Shown: piece after piece, positions 1-11,580 of the stretch
How the letters are laid out: each line of letters begins with the position of its first letter
How positions within the stretch are numbered: position 1 is the stretch's first letter
Assembly: GCF_964204645.1 (NCBI RefSeq)
Contig: NC_134026.1
Coordinates: 13,018,050-13,082,049 of the forward strand
Length of the DNA: 64,000 nt
Direction of reading: 5' to 3'
Origin: Tubulanus polymorphus
Lineage: Eukaryota > Animalia > Nemertea
Program-made: the position numbers and the translations under genes
Notes under the pieces: model-generated
Told to the model about the DNA's origin: nothing
Databases searched by the model: none
What the model saw: the letters and a program-made list of their open reading frames with translations, nothing else

Positions 1-1382
1 TATAAAACAGATGTTAGAATTTTGTGATTCTTGTAAAATTAATTATACAGAATTGAAAGATAACATAAATTATATTTCAGATAGAATTAATAATATTAAG
101 TGTTGTGATATATGCAATAAAAAATATAAAAATAAAAAGAGTTTAAAAACTCATAGATATATTCATGAATTAGATGAGAAATTACATAATTCAAATTAAG
201 TTTGATAATGAAAAAGATTAATTTCTATTTACATATTGATGGACGAATTGGACGAATGGACGAGTGGACGAGGGTACGAGACGGGGGTCTTATATTCAAA
301 TAAACCCCTATGTCTTCACAGATTTATCATATGCATATTTGTAACTAATATATTTTATATTTTCAGCTAATATAATTTATATTTTATTAAAATGATATTT
401 AAATATCGTATAAAATTGATAAAATCACTTAAAATCAAACTCGTACTGTTTTTTTAATAAAAACATATGTAAATCATATATTATTACACTCGTACCATTC
501 GTCCAATTCGTCCACTCGTTCACTCATACACATTCAAAATCCTCTCATTTTCCAAATTATGATTTTATTTTATAAATTTATATTCATATGATATTAGTGG
601 TATCTTTACGCAGCACTAGAATAATACGAGTGATACTAAGTTAGTTGGTTTATTGTTTTTCTCGTCAAATGTAAAGTCATTTAGTATTAAAAAGAATTAA
701 TAAAAAAACATTAGAAAAACAATAGGTGTCTTTAACAACACTAGCTTATTCAATTGTATTGTTTTTCTAGTTGAATCTATTCAAAATATCATTTAACCCA
801 GTGAGCAAAAAGAAACAATAACTAGTCTTATTTTAAAGATAAGCATCATATTCTTTACGCACCACTAGAATATGATATTTATCTAGTGCTGCGTAAAGAA
901 TATGATATTGAGCGTAATAATATATGATTTACATATGTTTTTATTTAAAAAACAGTACGTGTTTGATTTTTAGTTATGTTATCAATTTTATACTATATTA
1001 AAATATTAATTTAATAGAATATAAATTATATTAGCTGAATATATAAAATATATTAGTTAAAAATATGCATATGATAAATCTGTGAAGACATGGGGGTTTA
1101 TTTGAATATAAGACCCCCCTCTCGTACCCACGTCCACTCGTCCGTTCGTCCAATTCGTCCAATCGTCCATCAATGTGTAAATAGAAATTAATCTTTTTCA
1201 TTATCAAACTTAATTTGAATTATGTAATTTCCCATTTAATTCATGAATATATCTTATGAGTTTTTAAACTCTTTTCATTTTTATATTTTTTATTGCATAT
1301 ATCACAACACTTAAATATGTGATCTTTTAATTCTGTATATTTAATTTTACAAGAATCATAAAATTCTAACATCTGTTTTATA
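1..1382. repeat. Large imperfect inverted repeat (arms ~1-491 and ~910-1382) within Polinton-family sequence
   Basis: 1-491 is the diverged reverse complement of 910-1382. Both arms include the zinc-finger ORF and the GGACGA repeat block. The left arm runs off the window edge. Confidence 0.9.
11..199 (+). CDS. Small C2H2 zinc-finger protein, 5' part outside the window; paralogue of 1241-1486
   Basis: CDICNKKYKNKKSLKTHRYIH motif. Confidence 0.6.
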   Translation: MLEFCDSCKINYTELKDNINYISDRINNIKCCDICNKKYKNKKSLKTHRYIHELDEKLHNSN

Positions 1383-1486
1383 CTATAAATTGAAAATGAA
1401 ACTAATCCTGAAAGCATAATGATTGATTTAATATTCTGTTGATTTTTGTATATTAGTTGTAGTAAATTTAATATATTTTCACTCAT
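1241..1486 (-). CDS. Small protein with hydrophobic segment and C-terminal zinc finger (Polinton accessory)
   Basis: IIMLSGLVSFSIYSI hydrophobic stretch, CDICNKKYKNEKSLKTH, TAAATG start. Confidence 0.55.
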   Translation of the reverse strand: MSENILNLLQLIYKNQQNIKSIIMLSGLVSFSIYSIKQMLEFYDSCKIKYTELKDHIFKCCDICNKKYKNEKSLKTHKIYS

Positions 1487-1490
1487 TTAA

Positions 1491-1709
1491 TTATTTAATT
1501 AATTCACTAATCTGATTCAATAACTTTTTTATTTCGATGATTGTTTCCATTTTTGATTTCTTTAACTTTTTACTCAATTTTATATTTTCATTCATTAGAT
1601 CCTTACTGATATTTTCATTGTAAAAGTTAAGTGCAGCTAATATTAAACCTCCAGCAACTAAATAATGTTTTAAATCACTTTTCCCAATTGGAATGCTGAA
1701 ACCATCCAT
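1491..1709 (-). CDS. Small protein with one hydrophobic segment and a coiled coil (Polinton accessory)
   Basis: YLVAGGLILAALNF; TAAATG start; 4-bp gap to the next gene. Confidence 0.5.
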   Translation of the reverse strand: MDGFSIPIGKSDLKHYLVAGGLILAALNFYNENISKDLMNENIKLSKKLKKSKMETIIEIKKLLNQISELIK

Positions 1710-1752
1710 TTAAAAAAATCAAAAGTAATTTGAAATATCTTATTTTGAATAT

Positions 1753-2560
1753 TTAGAGTTCAATTATTATTTTTGAGTTATGATATTTTGATTTAAGATG
1801 GTGTGATTGATTGCTTCGAGGATAATATTTTCCACAATTACATAACGCTTTTTCATTAGGTTCATATTTCTCTTTAGGTGTAACAATTTCATTATCTAAG
1901 TTACATTGAATTCCAACATCTTTGAATGATTTTTCATTTGGAATGTCAGGGGTAAAAACATTACATAGCATTCTCTGAAAGGGCAATAACGTAAGTGCAG
2001 AAATAAAGATTTATGTGAATTTTCATTATTAAAAAGTGGTTGTATTTCATCTGTAATTATTAAATGTTGATCTATTTCATCAAATGTTGTAAATTTTGAG
2101 ATCATCGTATTGAATAAGATTTTATCTTTATCATTCGATAACTCTATTATTATATAATAATTTTTAAACATTAATTCAGTAATGTTTTTTAGTTGAAAAC
2201 AAAAATGTCCAGTTTTAATGAAATCTTTAATAGGAATAAAATTTGTAATTGTAAAATATTTTTCTAATTCATTTAAATCGATATCTTTGAACTGGAGTAT
2301 CTGTTCATTAATTTATTAGTCATTTTTTATTAAAATTGCTATTTTCTTCAACTCGTTAATTACTCGTTATTTTTATATTGAAAATAAGAATTTAACACAT
2401 ATAAATATAAATATTCACTGTTTTAAATATGAATTATTTCACTCACACTTTACTCACACTTTTTATGTTAAAAATTGATTTTTTATTATTCGAAATCTAT
2501 ATTTGATCTTATTTTTCTAGATTATTATGCTGGACAGTAGTACTTCTTATTTGCTTCCAT
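1753..2560 (-). pseudogene. Frameshifted end-proximal gene(s) with zinc-finger motifs
   Basis: Starts MEANKKYYC at 2560, like the pPolB N-terminus at 21622. Ends with CNCGKYYPRSNQSHHLKSKYH. Several frame breaks. Confidence 0.45.
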
Positions 2561-2633
2561 TTTACTATCAAATTTCTTTATTAAAATTGATTTTTTGGAA
2601 GTTATTCATATTCATATATATGAATATTTTAAG

Positions 2634-2747
2634 AGTAATAGGGATAATAGGGGTTCAGGTCAAAGGTTGAAAGGTCGAAAAATAAATTCGAGTTTGCGAG
2701 AATTTATTTTTCGACCTTTGGCTCGAACCCCGATTATCCCTATTACT
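2634..2747 (-). repeat. Polinton terminus, copy 1: terminal hairpin beginning 5'-AGTAATAGGG
   Basis: AGTAATAGGGATAAT...ATTATCCCTATTACT is self-complementary; sequence switches abruptly to DIRS at 2748. Confidence 0.85.
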
Positions 2748-3950
2748 CCGGTCCTTGTTAGGTATTCCTGATACCAAGCAAGCTATCAGATTCAGTTTGC
2801 TATGCAAGCTGTGTTTCCGACTCCTGTCCGATGGGAGAATCGAAATATCCGTTTTCACTGGGTGTGGTATCAGGTTTAAGCTAGTAAATCAAGCGTCTCT
2901 CCGAGAAGCCTGGCAGGGGTTATAGGTACCATTGTTTCTAATTTCCAGGGGTCATGCACCTGTTTTGGAATTGATTCCCTCTGAAGCTGAAGTTTCCTCT
3001 GCCCCTTTAGTGGCCACGTTTCTAGTGGTGTTGGTGGTTTTTTGACTGTTGCATATCTTTTGTAACTTCTTCAGCCTGTTTTGCCTCTTTAATGGATTTG
3101 CCAATGTCATCCCCAAACAATTTGTCTGAGACAACTGTGTTGGAGCAGAGACTTTGATATTTCGGCTTCAGACCTGGCCTTATAATATCCTCCCTTTTCT
3201 CTGAAAGTTCTTGGGATGCGCGGCCCAACAGGCCCAGCGCACCTGTGGCCATTCGTATCAGGTTCTCCCTATCGCCTCCTGACGCACGATTTATGACATT
3301 CTCAGCCATTAGAGTTATTGCGTTGGTCGCCTTAGTCACAGCTTTTTGGATGTAAAACATCCTAATATCTTTCGACTTAGCGTGTGCTGTGATTTTCGAC
3401 CGAATTTCGTCGTTCAGCCTCGGCGTAACCAGTGCCTCACAGTTTTCGGCCATAGCGTAGGCTTTTCTTTTTCTATGATCATGTATTTTGACATTTTGAG
3501 TGAACCCGTGGTTCACAATTTTAGCCAGCTTGGGATTTATTCCTGGGAGTGTGGCCTCTTGCTCGCTGAGTTCACTCTCAATCAAGCTCAGGAACTCATC
3601 GTCCGAATTGTCTGAGACCACGCTAGGGTCGCCTCCTGTCGTTGACTCGAGGAGATTATTGACATCTTCCTCGTCGGACATAGAATGGGTTGTGCCTTCT
3701 TCGGGCCCTTTCCTTTTCTTCTTTTCTTCTTTTCTCGGGGGTCCTCCTGGGTAGAAGCAGGCCTCTTTTGAGTTTCCGCAGATTTGCTTGTAGCTATCTG
3801 CTTCCAAGCGTTGCCCATATTGGCAATGGCCTCCGCCATTTGGCTCATTAAGGCGGGGAAAGTAGGTGCCCCAGTGGGGTCACTATGGATAAAGGGTTCC
3901 GTGTCCTCAAGGAGGTCATCCTCTTCTCTGTAATTGCTTGTAGTATCCAA
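2748..3950 (-). mobile_element. DIRS-type retrotransposon remnant, internally deleted
   Basis: Gag-like ORF 3022-3807 (NCEALVTPRLNDEI, LFGDDI) is followed directly by the typical ORF2 C-terminus HSLHSKLNLIACLVSG; the RT core is absent. Confidence 0.65.
3022..3807 (-). CDS. DIRS gag-like ORF1
   Basis: Motif resemblance: ENCEALVTPRLN, ALGLLGRASQELS, KLFGDD. Confidence 0.6.
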   Translation of the reverse strand: MEADSYKQICGNSKEACFYPGGPPRKEEKKKRKGPEEGTTHSMSDEEDVNNLLESTTGGDPSVVSDNSDDEFLSLIESELSEQEATLPGINPKLAKIVNHGFTQNVKIHDHRKRKAYAMAENCEALVTPRLNDEIRSKITAHAKSKDIRMFYIQKAVTKATNAITLMAENVINRASGGDRENLIRMATGALGLLGRASQELSEKREDIIRPGLKPKYQSLCSNTVVSDKLFGDDIGKSIKEAKQAEEVTKDMQQSKNHQHH

Positions 3951-4261
3951 AATGCTGAATGAAGTAATCCGAGTATAGAAATCATGAGTGTAGAGAGGGC
4001 AGTAGTACAACACGTGTGACTGTTATGAGAACTAGGCACACAACTGACTGTTAGCTAGCTGCACGCATCTCATGTGTGACCTAGTGATGTGATTTATGAT
4101 GAGACAGAATTAATATTACTAAGTGAGTGCGTAGACATGTAATTTATTACAAAACAATAAACTAAAATAAATCAAAGTAAAACTTTATCAAAGTAAAAAA
4201 ACAAAGAGAATACCCAAGAGCAACAAGTCACAATAATGGAGGGATAAGCTCAGATACAATG

Positions 4262-4900
4262 ATTACGTTCTGACATGAATCCTAGATCTCGATTAAGTCC
4301 AAGATTAACCGTATACCCGCGATGAATTAGTTTTTGTTCCATGATTTTGCACGAATGTTTATTAGGAGTGTACATTTTATGCTTTTAAGTTACTTATTGT
4401 GTGATTCGGAAGATTGAAATGTTCGCCAGGAGGTTTATCCATTTTCTTGTATAGTGATCGTTCAAGCGTTGACGTGATGTTTGTCCAGTTTTTACGATGT
4501 AGATGTTTCTTGGGCAGATATCGCATTTCATGGCATAAACAACGTTGGTGGAGTCGCATGTGTAGGGTCCAGTGACTTTCAGTTGTTGGTTGTTGGCAGC
4601 GTTGACGGTCGGTGATCAGTTGATGAGAGGACATAGTTGCCATTTAGATTTGTTCCAGGGACGCTTGAATTTGTATATGTGTTGAGTCTTCTACGGTGGG
4701 AAGTTTGCTGCTGATGAAGAGTTTACTTACTTTTCTTGTTGGCGGTACGCGATGACGCGTCTAAGTAGTCATCTCGCGGAGAGGATCAGCTTCTTCGATT
4801 ATGGGTTGGAGAGCTGGTATGATTCGTTGGATTTTGCGTAAGGATCAGACTGTAGGTAGCTGCGATGGGGATTCTTTCTGCTTCTTCAGACGTAGGCGGG
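4262..4900 (-). mobile_element. Penelope-like element (Neptune-type) 3' fragment with GIY-YIG endonuclease, decayed
   Basis: Manual translation gives RIPIAATY...YTCDSTNVVYAMKCDICPRNIYIVKTGQTSRQRLNDH...GEHFNLPNH...LGLNRDLGFMS. Confidence 0.75.
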
Positions 4901-5334
4901 TTGTATTGAGGTGTTCTTTCCCTGGTGTCGCGATCAGAAAATACGACGACGACTGTATTCTCTCTGCTACAACAATTTATCACCGAAAATACATGTTTCT
5001 ACAAGACAGGATTATAACATGATAAGATACTACAAATCTAAAGCATAAATCAATTTCAAAAGAATCATACAAATTGTAATACTAACGTGAAAAGTTGGAG
5101 AAATGCACACACGACGAGCACGCAAAATGAACAGAACAAAGACCAAAGGTCCCGACAAAGCAAAAGAAATCACGTGGTTTTCAGTACTAATTCATGGCGG
5201 TACAATTCAAATGTCTTGACAGGTGTATGGATAAAGCATACAGTTCGATTTAGAATAGAAAAATAAGTAGAGTAAAGATTGAGCGTAACATCTCCGGCCC
5301 CATTAAATATAGGCTCTAGTATTAATTCACAGCG

Positions 5335-5455
5335 AAGCAATACGGGATATCGACAAATTAAAGTTCTTGAATTACTCGTTTGATGGCGCTAGTCAGAACC
5401 GGAAATTTGAGCCTAAATCCGCCATGTTTTTAGTTCATTTGCAATGAAAATCTCA
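5335..5455. repeat. Single arm of the MITE family found at 48160-48982
   Basis: GTTCTTGAATT...GATGGCGCTAGT...CCTAAATCCGCCATG is shared with 48178-48268 and, inverted, with 48870-48975. Confidence 0.7.
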
Positions 5456-6291
5456 ACCGAATGTATGGTGCTTTCAATGTCTATGGTGGCAGTTGCATGA
5501 ACTTGGTAAAGTCTCACGTCGAGGCAGGTGGTGGAAAGAAAAAGAAACATTTCCGGGAAAAATTCAAAGAGGCAAGGCAAACGCACTTATTGTTCACTCT
5601 TTTTTGCTATCTTATTTTGAAATTGAAGTATTGTAAAAACTTATCTTTGATGATCAATTCATTTTGTTGTTTTCTTTCTTAATTTACATTTGATTTGGAA
5701 GGTCATTTTGTTTAGGAGTCATTTTGTCGACGCATCGAAGCAGCAATACAGTTTAACTTGTTTACATCTGGGTTGCTGCGGGGCAGGGCGGTCATTATAT
5801 TGCTGACTTATCCAAATTACACTTAGACCCAACGTTTTCCAGTGTGTAAACTCCATCGTATTCGGCATTAGAGGGCATTGAATCTTAGCCATCTGAGCCC
5901 TCAGCTTGATTCGAGTAAAAGATCTTAACCAATTTAAGACCAATTTAAGATCAATTCAAATTCAATCTTGAATACATAAAGATTAGTCCAATAAATTTCT
6001 ATTTTATTCAAGAAAATGTACTGAACACAGATTTTGAAATGAATGACGTGTCGATTTATCCAGACGAAATAATTACAGCAAAATCAACTGATGATCAACA
6101 AGGTGAAGTTTTCATTTATTTTCGGATAATTTGTCTACCAACACATTATTATTCGAAAATGGAATTATTAAATTCATGGAATCAATTGTAAAACTGAAAA
6201 AAGAAAACGGTTATGCTTCGGTCAAAGGAATGATAGATAATTTGTTACCTAGCAGTGCGGGTTTGCATAGAACGTGTGATTCAGCTGTTAT

Positions 6292-6393
6292 CACTGACCG
6301 AGGCTACAATATTGTAACCTAGGTCGGTTCACCGCACAACTTTTTTTGTAAACACTGACCGAGGCTACAATATTGTAGCCTAGGTCGGTTCAC
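6292..6393. repeat. Two direct copies of a ~30-bp palindrome
   Basis: GACCGAGGCTACAATATTGTA(A/G)CCTAGGTC at ~6296 and ~6357. Confidence 0.85.
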
Positions 6394-9300
6394 TGCATGA
6401 CCTTTGCTTGCGATTACTGGCCCAACCCCAGTCGGTTGTTTTTACAGTATTTGAAGTACTGGCCAATTGGATGTTACCATAAATAAACAGTATTTTGAAG
6501 ATGTGGTGACAGAGAGAATCTGTTTTTATTTCGTCTTGTGAAGGTCCTACTGTTCGCTATTCTGTGTCAAGATATGAATTGAAATATAAAGGATGGAGTT
6601 AGTTTCCTTTCCCGATACTGTATTTATGCGTTTAATCATGAAGGATAATTATGTTATAGCAATTATAGTGATAACCTACGACAGTTTCAAATTCACGTAT
6701 TAGAAAACGACAATTATCTTTAAATTCCAAATTTCATTTGGAAAGCGGCGTTTATGCGCACAATTCCTAAAATGTCGGAATTCCGAAAACTAGGGATTCA
6801 CACGGTTCGAATGTTACCTAAATAAGTTTCGTCAATGATCGAGCAAATGATTACTATAAGAAACTAACGGCGAAACTTCACGGGTTGGTGCGGTCTGTGC
6901 GCTGCATGAACGGGTTTTTGGTATCGAATGTAATATACCGGCAGTGTACATGTTCGGATTTGTACCGATACATTGAGTTTAGTTCAATTTTTTGATCATT
7001 ATAGTTTAGGAGCTCTGTGTGACGTCACTGAGCGCGCTGATCAAAAATAGTCTACACACTGTGCATCACATGTTGCTTGGTTTTAAAGGACAGTGTGCTA
7101 ATTGACTATACATGAAATTGGGCTTGACCAAAATTCTCTTCCTGACAGAGGAATGTATAATCGCACTGATATAGCTGTCTTGCTAGGTTGAAGGGTGTTT
7201 GAACTTCGCCGAATTCAGTTAAAATTCAATGAAATACCATAATTAATAAAATCTTATTGACGGAAATTTACCGCTTTATTTAAGTTATTTTTCAGTGCGT
7301 TTTAAAATTGCATTGAATTCATCGTTCGAGGTCAATGATGGCGCAAAACAATTTAAATTGAGTCCAGTTGGGAGAATATTCCCTTACTTTAGGGTGATTT
7401 AGTATTTTAAGAATCAAGAAATTATTTACTAATTTTCCGCTAGCAGCAAAACAACACACTGTTATCTCAACTGTCAATCATTACGTCGTGTCTAGTTTAA
7501 CAAATAGATATAGACTAAAAAAGGATGCGTGGTTCCCACGCGAGAACCAAACAAGACGGTTGTTTGTGGACGTACTTAAGTTGGATGAGTCAACAACGGT
7601 TTAAATAATTTATAAAAACAGATGTAAGCAGTTGTAAACTTGTGAACAGAGGAAATATCAACATATATACACAATTGTGTCTAACTTTCTCCTGTCTGGT
7701 TTTATGTTAAATATATATTTTGTTTGAATAAATATTCAAATATCGAGCGGATCCGGAAGAGCAAAGCGGCCAACAACATTTTATTTTGAGTTTGAAAAAA
7801 TGACCCGTTGACTCGGTAAGACGGCTGTTCGATTTACCGGGTGCGCACTACTATGTTTTAAATGGCTATGAAAACGGAGTCGAACCAAGAACAGCAATTA
7901 AGCTTGATGTCTCGTTTCCCTCACAGATGACATATATATCAGAATCAGTTTTCTCAAAATCTGTTTCTTATTGAAGTCCTTGATTCGTGCTTGAATATGT
8001 ACATAAGATTTTATAAATGAACACAAAGATATAACAAGAATTGAGGTCTTGGTTATTCGGTGACAAGTCGAATCGTTTGGAACTAAGAAAAATCCTCAGA
8101 CTTAGAAAAGTCTGACTTAAGTTGAATTTCCGAAAAGTACGACTACTAATTGTTTCTGTTATCGGAAAAAATCAACATCTACATCTAATGTATCTATTGA
8201 TACGAAACAGTTTTAGGACTGTAGATTGATTGAAAGTTACGGAGAGGGAGGGGTAGCTCTATCGCATTAAAACATTATTGCTCAGTTATACAGATGGCAT
8301 TCATCCATTTAGCTCAAACAACAAACACACTTCTGCGCAGAAAAATACCAAGGCTATATATGCTTAATCATGTATTTTGTTGATACAGACAATAAAATCG
8401 CTGTCCGCGTTTTGTCCCCTTGCTTAAGTCACGTTTGTTATCTAATACAAATTTATAAAGGTCAGCAGAATTTAAGGGCTTTCACCGTTGAGTAGTAGTC
8501 TGTCTGTCATGAGGCCTGATCATGCACATGTGTTATATCAGAAATACGATATAGCTTTTCAATTTTTTAGGCGAAACGTTGCTTTAAATATATTCCCCGC
8601 GTCTTGATTTTCTAGAGGGATTTCTCTTGATTGTTAAAACAATATCAAATCATCCTGTCTCAAAAAGTATGAAACCTAGAAATATGTAGCCAATTTGAAA
8701 TTGGATGAAATGTTCAAATTCAAAATAAGCCATTCGACCCTGTTATCAAACATATCAGTGTTCTTTAAAACACTTGTTAAATATCGGAGGATTTTTAAGC
8801 CGAGCTTCAAACATTTCGATTCCTGAACTAAAATGATTATGTGGCATGTAATTATCCAAGACTATATGTTTTAGGTGACCGTTTAAGGTGTTCCTTTTAT
8901 CCGGGAAGGATTTGTTTCAATCTCACTTTTAAGACATCAACAGATCACTATGAAAAGTAACGGTATCGAGTGATCGCTGGCAGATTTAGCAGTTAAAATA
9001 GCCACACGTGTTAAATGTTTGCATTGATACAGGCGATTAGAGGGACACATGGCATCCACTGCATATAAAACAGTAGATAGATTTCTGGAGATTTAAAGTT
9101 TGGATGCTCTGATGAACTCTATCAGCTGTTGGTTGGTTAAAGCATAGCAGTGCTAAATTTATATGGTTATAGTACATTGCAGGTGACCCAAATGATTCGC
9201 CTGCTGCCTGGATACTATAAACCTGGTACCTATGAGCATGGACTCTTTTAGATGGATCTGGACGTTATAGTACAGTGTTCATGACTATACAACCGGGTGA

Positions 9301-10279
9301 CCCGAATTCCCCACCTGCCTGAAAATCTCATAGCGGAGGTAACGCGTATATCTTTGCTGCACACCGATCTCCTTGAAAGGAGGCCAAAATGCTATTTTTG
9401 TGAAGAAGTACACGGGCCTCTCCATCTGATTTAACACAGGGTACATGAATATTTAACTAATACTTTCAAACAAGATTTCTTCAGAATAAAAACTACGTCC
9501 AAATATCTGGCTAAAGTACTCTCTGGGTACTTTTTCTGATTCTCACATTCGGCACAATATGGATCTTTTAGACTAACTCAAAAATCTCAAACCTAATGGC
9601 CAAAAATGTATATGTTTCGACGGTATATCCTTGTTCACAAATATACCATTGGAACCAACTCTCAATTTATTAAGAAGAAAACTCCCGGACTCCAATCTTG
9701 ATCTCCCGGTTCCTGTAGATTGCTTACTTGAACTTTTGGAGCTCTGTACAACCAATCTATACTTCCAATTCCAAGACAAAATCTATAAACAAATTTTCGG
9801 TTTCGCTATGGGCAACCCATTATCCCCCATTTTGGCTAATCTTTTCCTTGAACATTTTGAATGCGAAATTCTTCCGAAATTACGCTGGCTCTAAAGCTAA
9901 CTTTTGGATTGGATGTGTTGATGACATTCTGTGCTTAGTTTCTGATGATTTTGATCTTAACTCTTTTATTGACTTCATCAACTCTCAATATCCATCTTTG
10001 AAATTCACATTTGAATGGGAACAGAATGACCAAATCCCGTTTTTAGATGTTCTAATTCACAATAAATACTCTCATTTGTTTTTTTCAAGGCCTCTTTCTC
10101 CGTGCACTGCGGATTTGCGATGAAACCTTCCTTTCGGCTGAATTTGACCACATATCCAACTCTCTTAAAAAATTGGCTTACCCTGATCACATTTTGAAAA
10201 TCGCTATTCTTTAATTCTAAACCTCCAGAAAATAAAAAAACACATTTCGGAATTCATTGTAGTTCCGTATGTACCTGTT

Positions 10280-10726
10280 TTGGAAAAGTTTCGTCACTCT
10301 CTCCCTTTATTGGATAGACAAATCATTTTCACGTATGAAAACACAATTAGCAAGACTTTGGTAAAAAACAATCAATCTAAACCTTTGGACTGCGGAGTTT
10401 ACAAAATTCCTTGTTTCGGCTGTGATAAAATTTACTTTGGAGAAACTGGTCGTGATTTAAAAACTCGAATTTCGGAACACAAAAAGGATATAACAAATCA
10501 AAAACCGGCTAGTGGTGTAGCCAATCATGTTTGGAACACTGGTCATCGTTTTAATTTTGATAAAGCCGAAATTATTTATACTTCCAGCAATTACACTAAA
10601 CGCCACACAGTTGAGTCTGCCCTAATTACTCGTCACTCAGATATTAGTACCAATTTAAATAATGGCTTTTCTCCTCACAATTCCCTTCTTTCTAAGTATA
10701 TCACTTTATGCCTTGCCAAACACTAA
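10280..10726 (+). CDS. GIY-YIG endonuclease domain of the Penelope-like element
   Basis: GVYKIPC..C.KIYFGETGR.L.TRI.EH. Confidence 0.85.
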   Translation: MEKFRHSLPLLDRQIIFTYENTISKTLVKNNQSKPLDCGVYKIPCFGCDKIYFGETGRDLKTRISEHKKDITNQKPASGVANHVWNTGHRFNFDKAEIIYTSSNYTKRHTVESALITRHSDISTNLNNGFSPHNSLLSKYITLCLAKH

Positions 10727-10807
10727 TTAGTTACTCACTAATCAATTTACTCAATTAACCTGTTCTCCTCTTTATATATACCCTTGTTTTTAGTCAATAT
10801 CTCACAC

Positions 10808-10846
10808 CTGACTACGATCTCTAGCGTGAGATCGAAACGCCATGTT
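10808..10846 (+). ncRNA. Degenerate minimal hammerhead ribozyme in the Penelope 3' repeat
   Basis: CTGACTAC-GATCTC-tagcgt-GAGATC-GAAAC: core CUGANGA with G8 changed to U, perfect 6-bp stem II, GAAA; located where Penelope elements carry hammerheads. Confidence 0.6.
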
Positions 10847-11580
10847 CTTACATTTTAGATTATTTCAATAGATAATTCTCGATTTTAGATTTCTTTTAAT
10901 TTCTAAATAGTGGATTTTATCTTACATCTGATAATATCATCATTTTTTATGCATGTTGCTTGCTAAAAGTCACGAATTATGTCATCTTATATGTAGGTAC
11001 GCAGCTTAGTAAAAGTCACAGATTATTCAAGATGAATATTGGGAAAAACAACACGGAAAATTTGAAATTTTTGAAACGATTTAAGCTTTTCAAAATCAGA
11101 ATATTGAAGTATTTTATTGAATGTTGCTGTTAGCAAGGGGGACATTTACCTAGAGGAGATTTTTACCGGGGGGATATTTACTGGGGTATTTTTCCGAAAA
11201 CAAACCATTTTAATGACAAAAATAATCAAAAATCATGTTGACCTATACTTGCAAAAGCTGCATTTAATCTTCCAATTGAATTTTCATTAAATTATTGCCA
11301 TGAAATAAAGTCAATTTCGATTAATCTTAAAACTTCAAAACTTATCACATTAAACAAACAGATTTAGCTCGATGGTTATCGGTTAGAGTTTTATCGCTCA
11401 TATATTTCACATCCTCAAAGAGCATATTCAGAATATTCTAACTGCCCTGAAAACTATATAGCGTTTGCATACAGTTTTGCACTACTGTTTATACGCTGTT
11501 TATATCGTCACGTATCACGGCAAATCTGAAGCATATGTCGCTATTTATAACAGGGAATCTGGCAAGCGAATCCAAACTGA

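Larger units (their letters stand above)
9490..10860 (+). mobile_element. Penelope-like retroelement (Penelope/Poseidon type), 5'-truncated, with RT and GIY-YIG pseudogene
   Basis: SLFTNIPL, GFAMGNPLSPILANLFLEHFE, CVDDI (YVDD), IPFLDV, CGVYKIPCFGCDKIYFGETGRDLKTRISEH; stops and frameshifts. Confidence 0.92.

Noticed and set aside
6292-6393. CRISPR-like palindromic repeat-spacer-repeat
   Set aside because: Only two repeats, eukaryotic transposon context, no cas genes.
9110-9345. Possible host exon with a repeated GDPN.P.AW-like motif
   Set aside because: In-frame stops and no recognisable family; cannot be supported.
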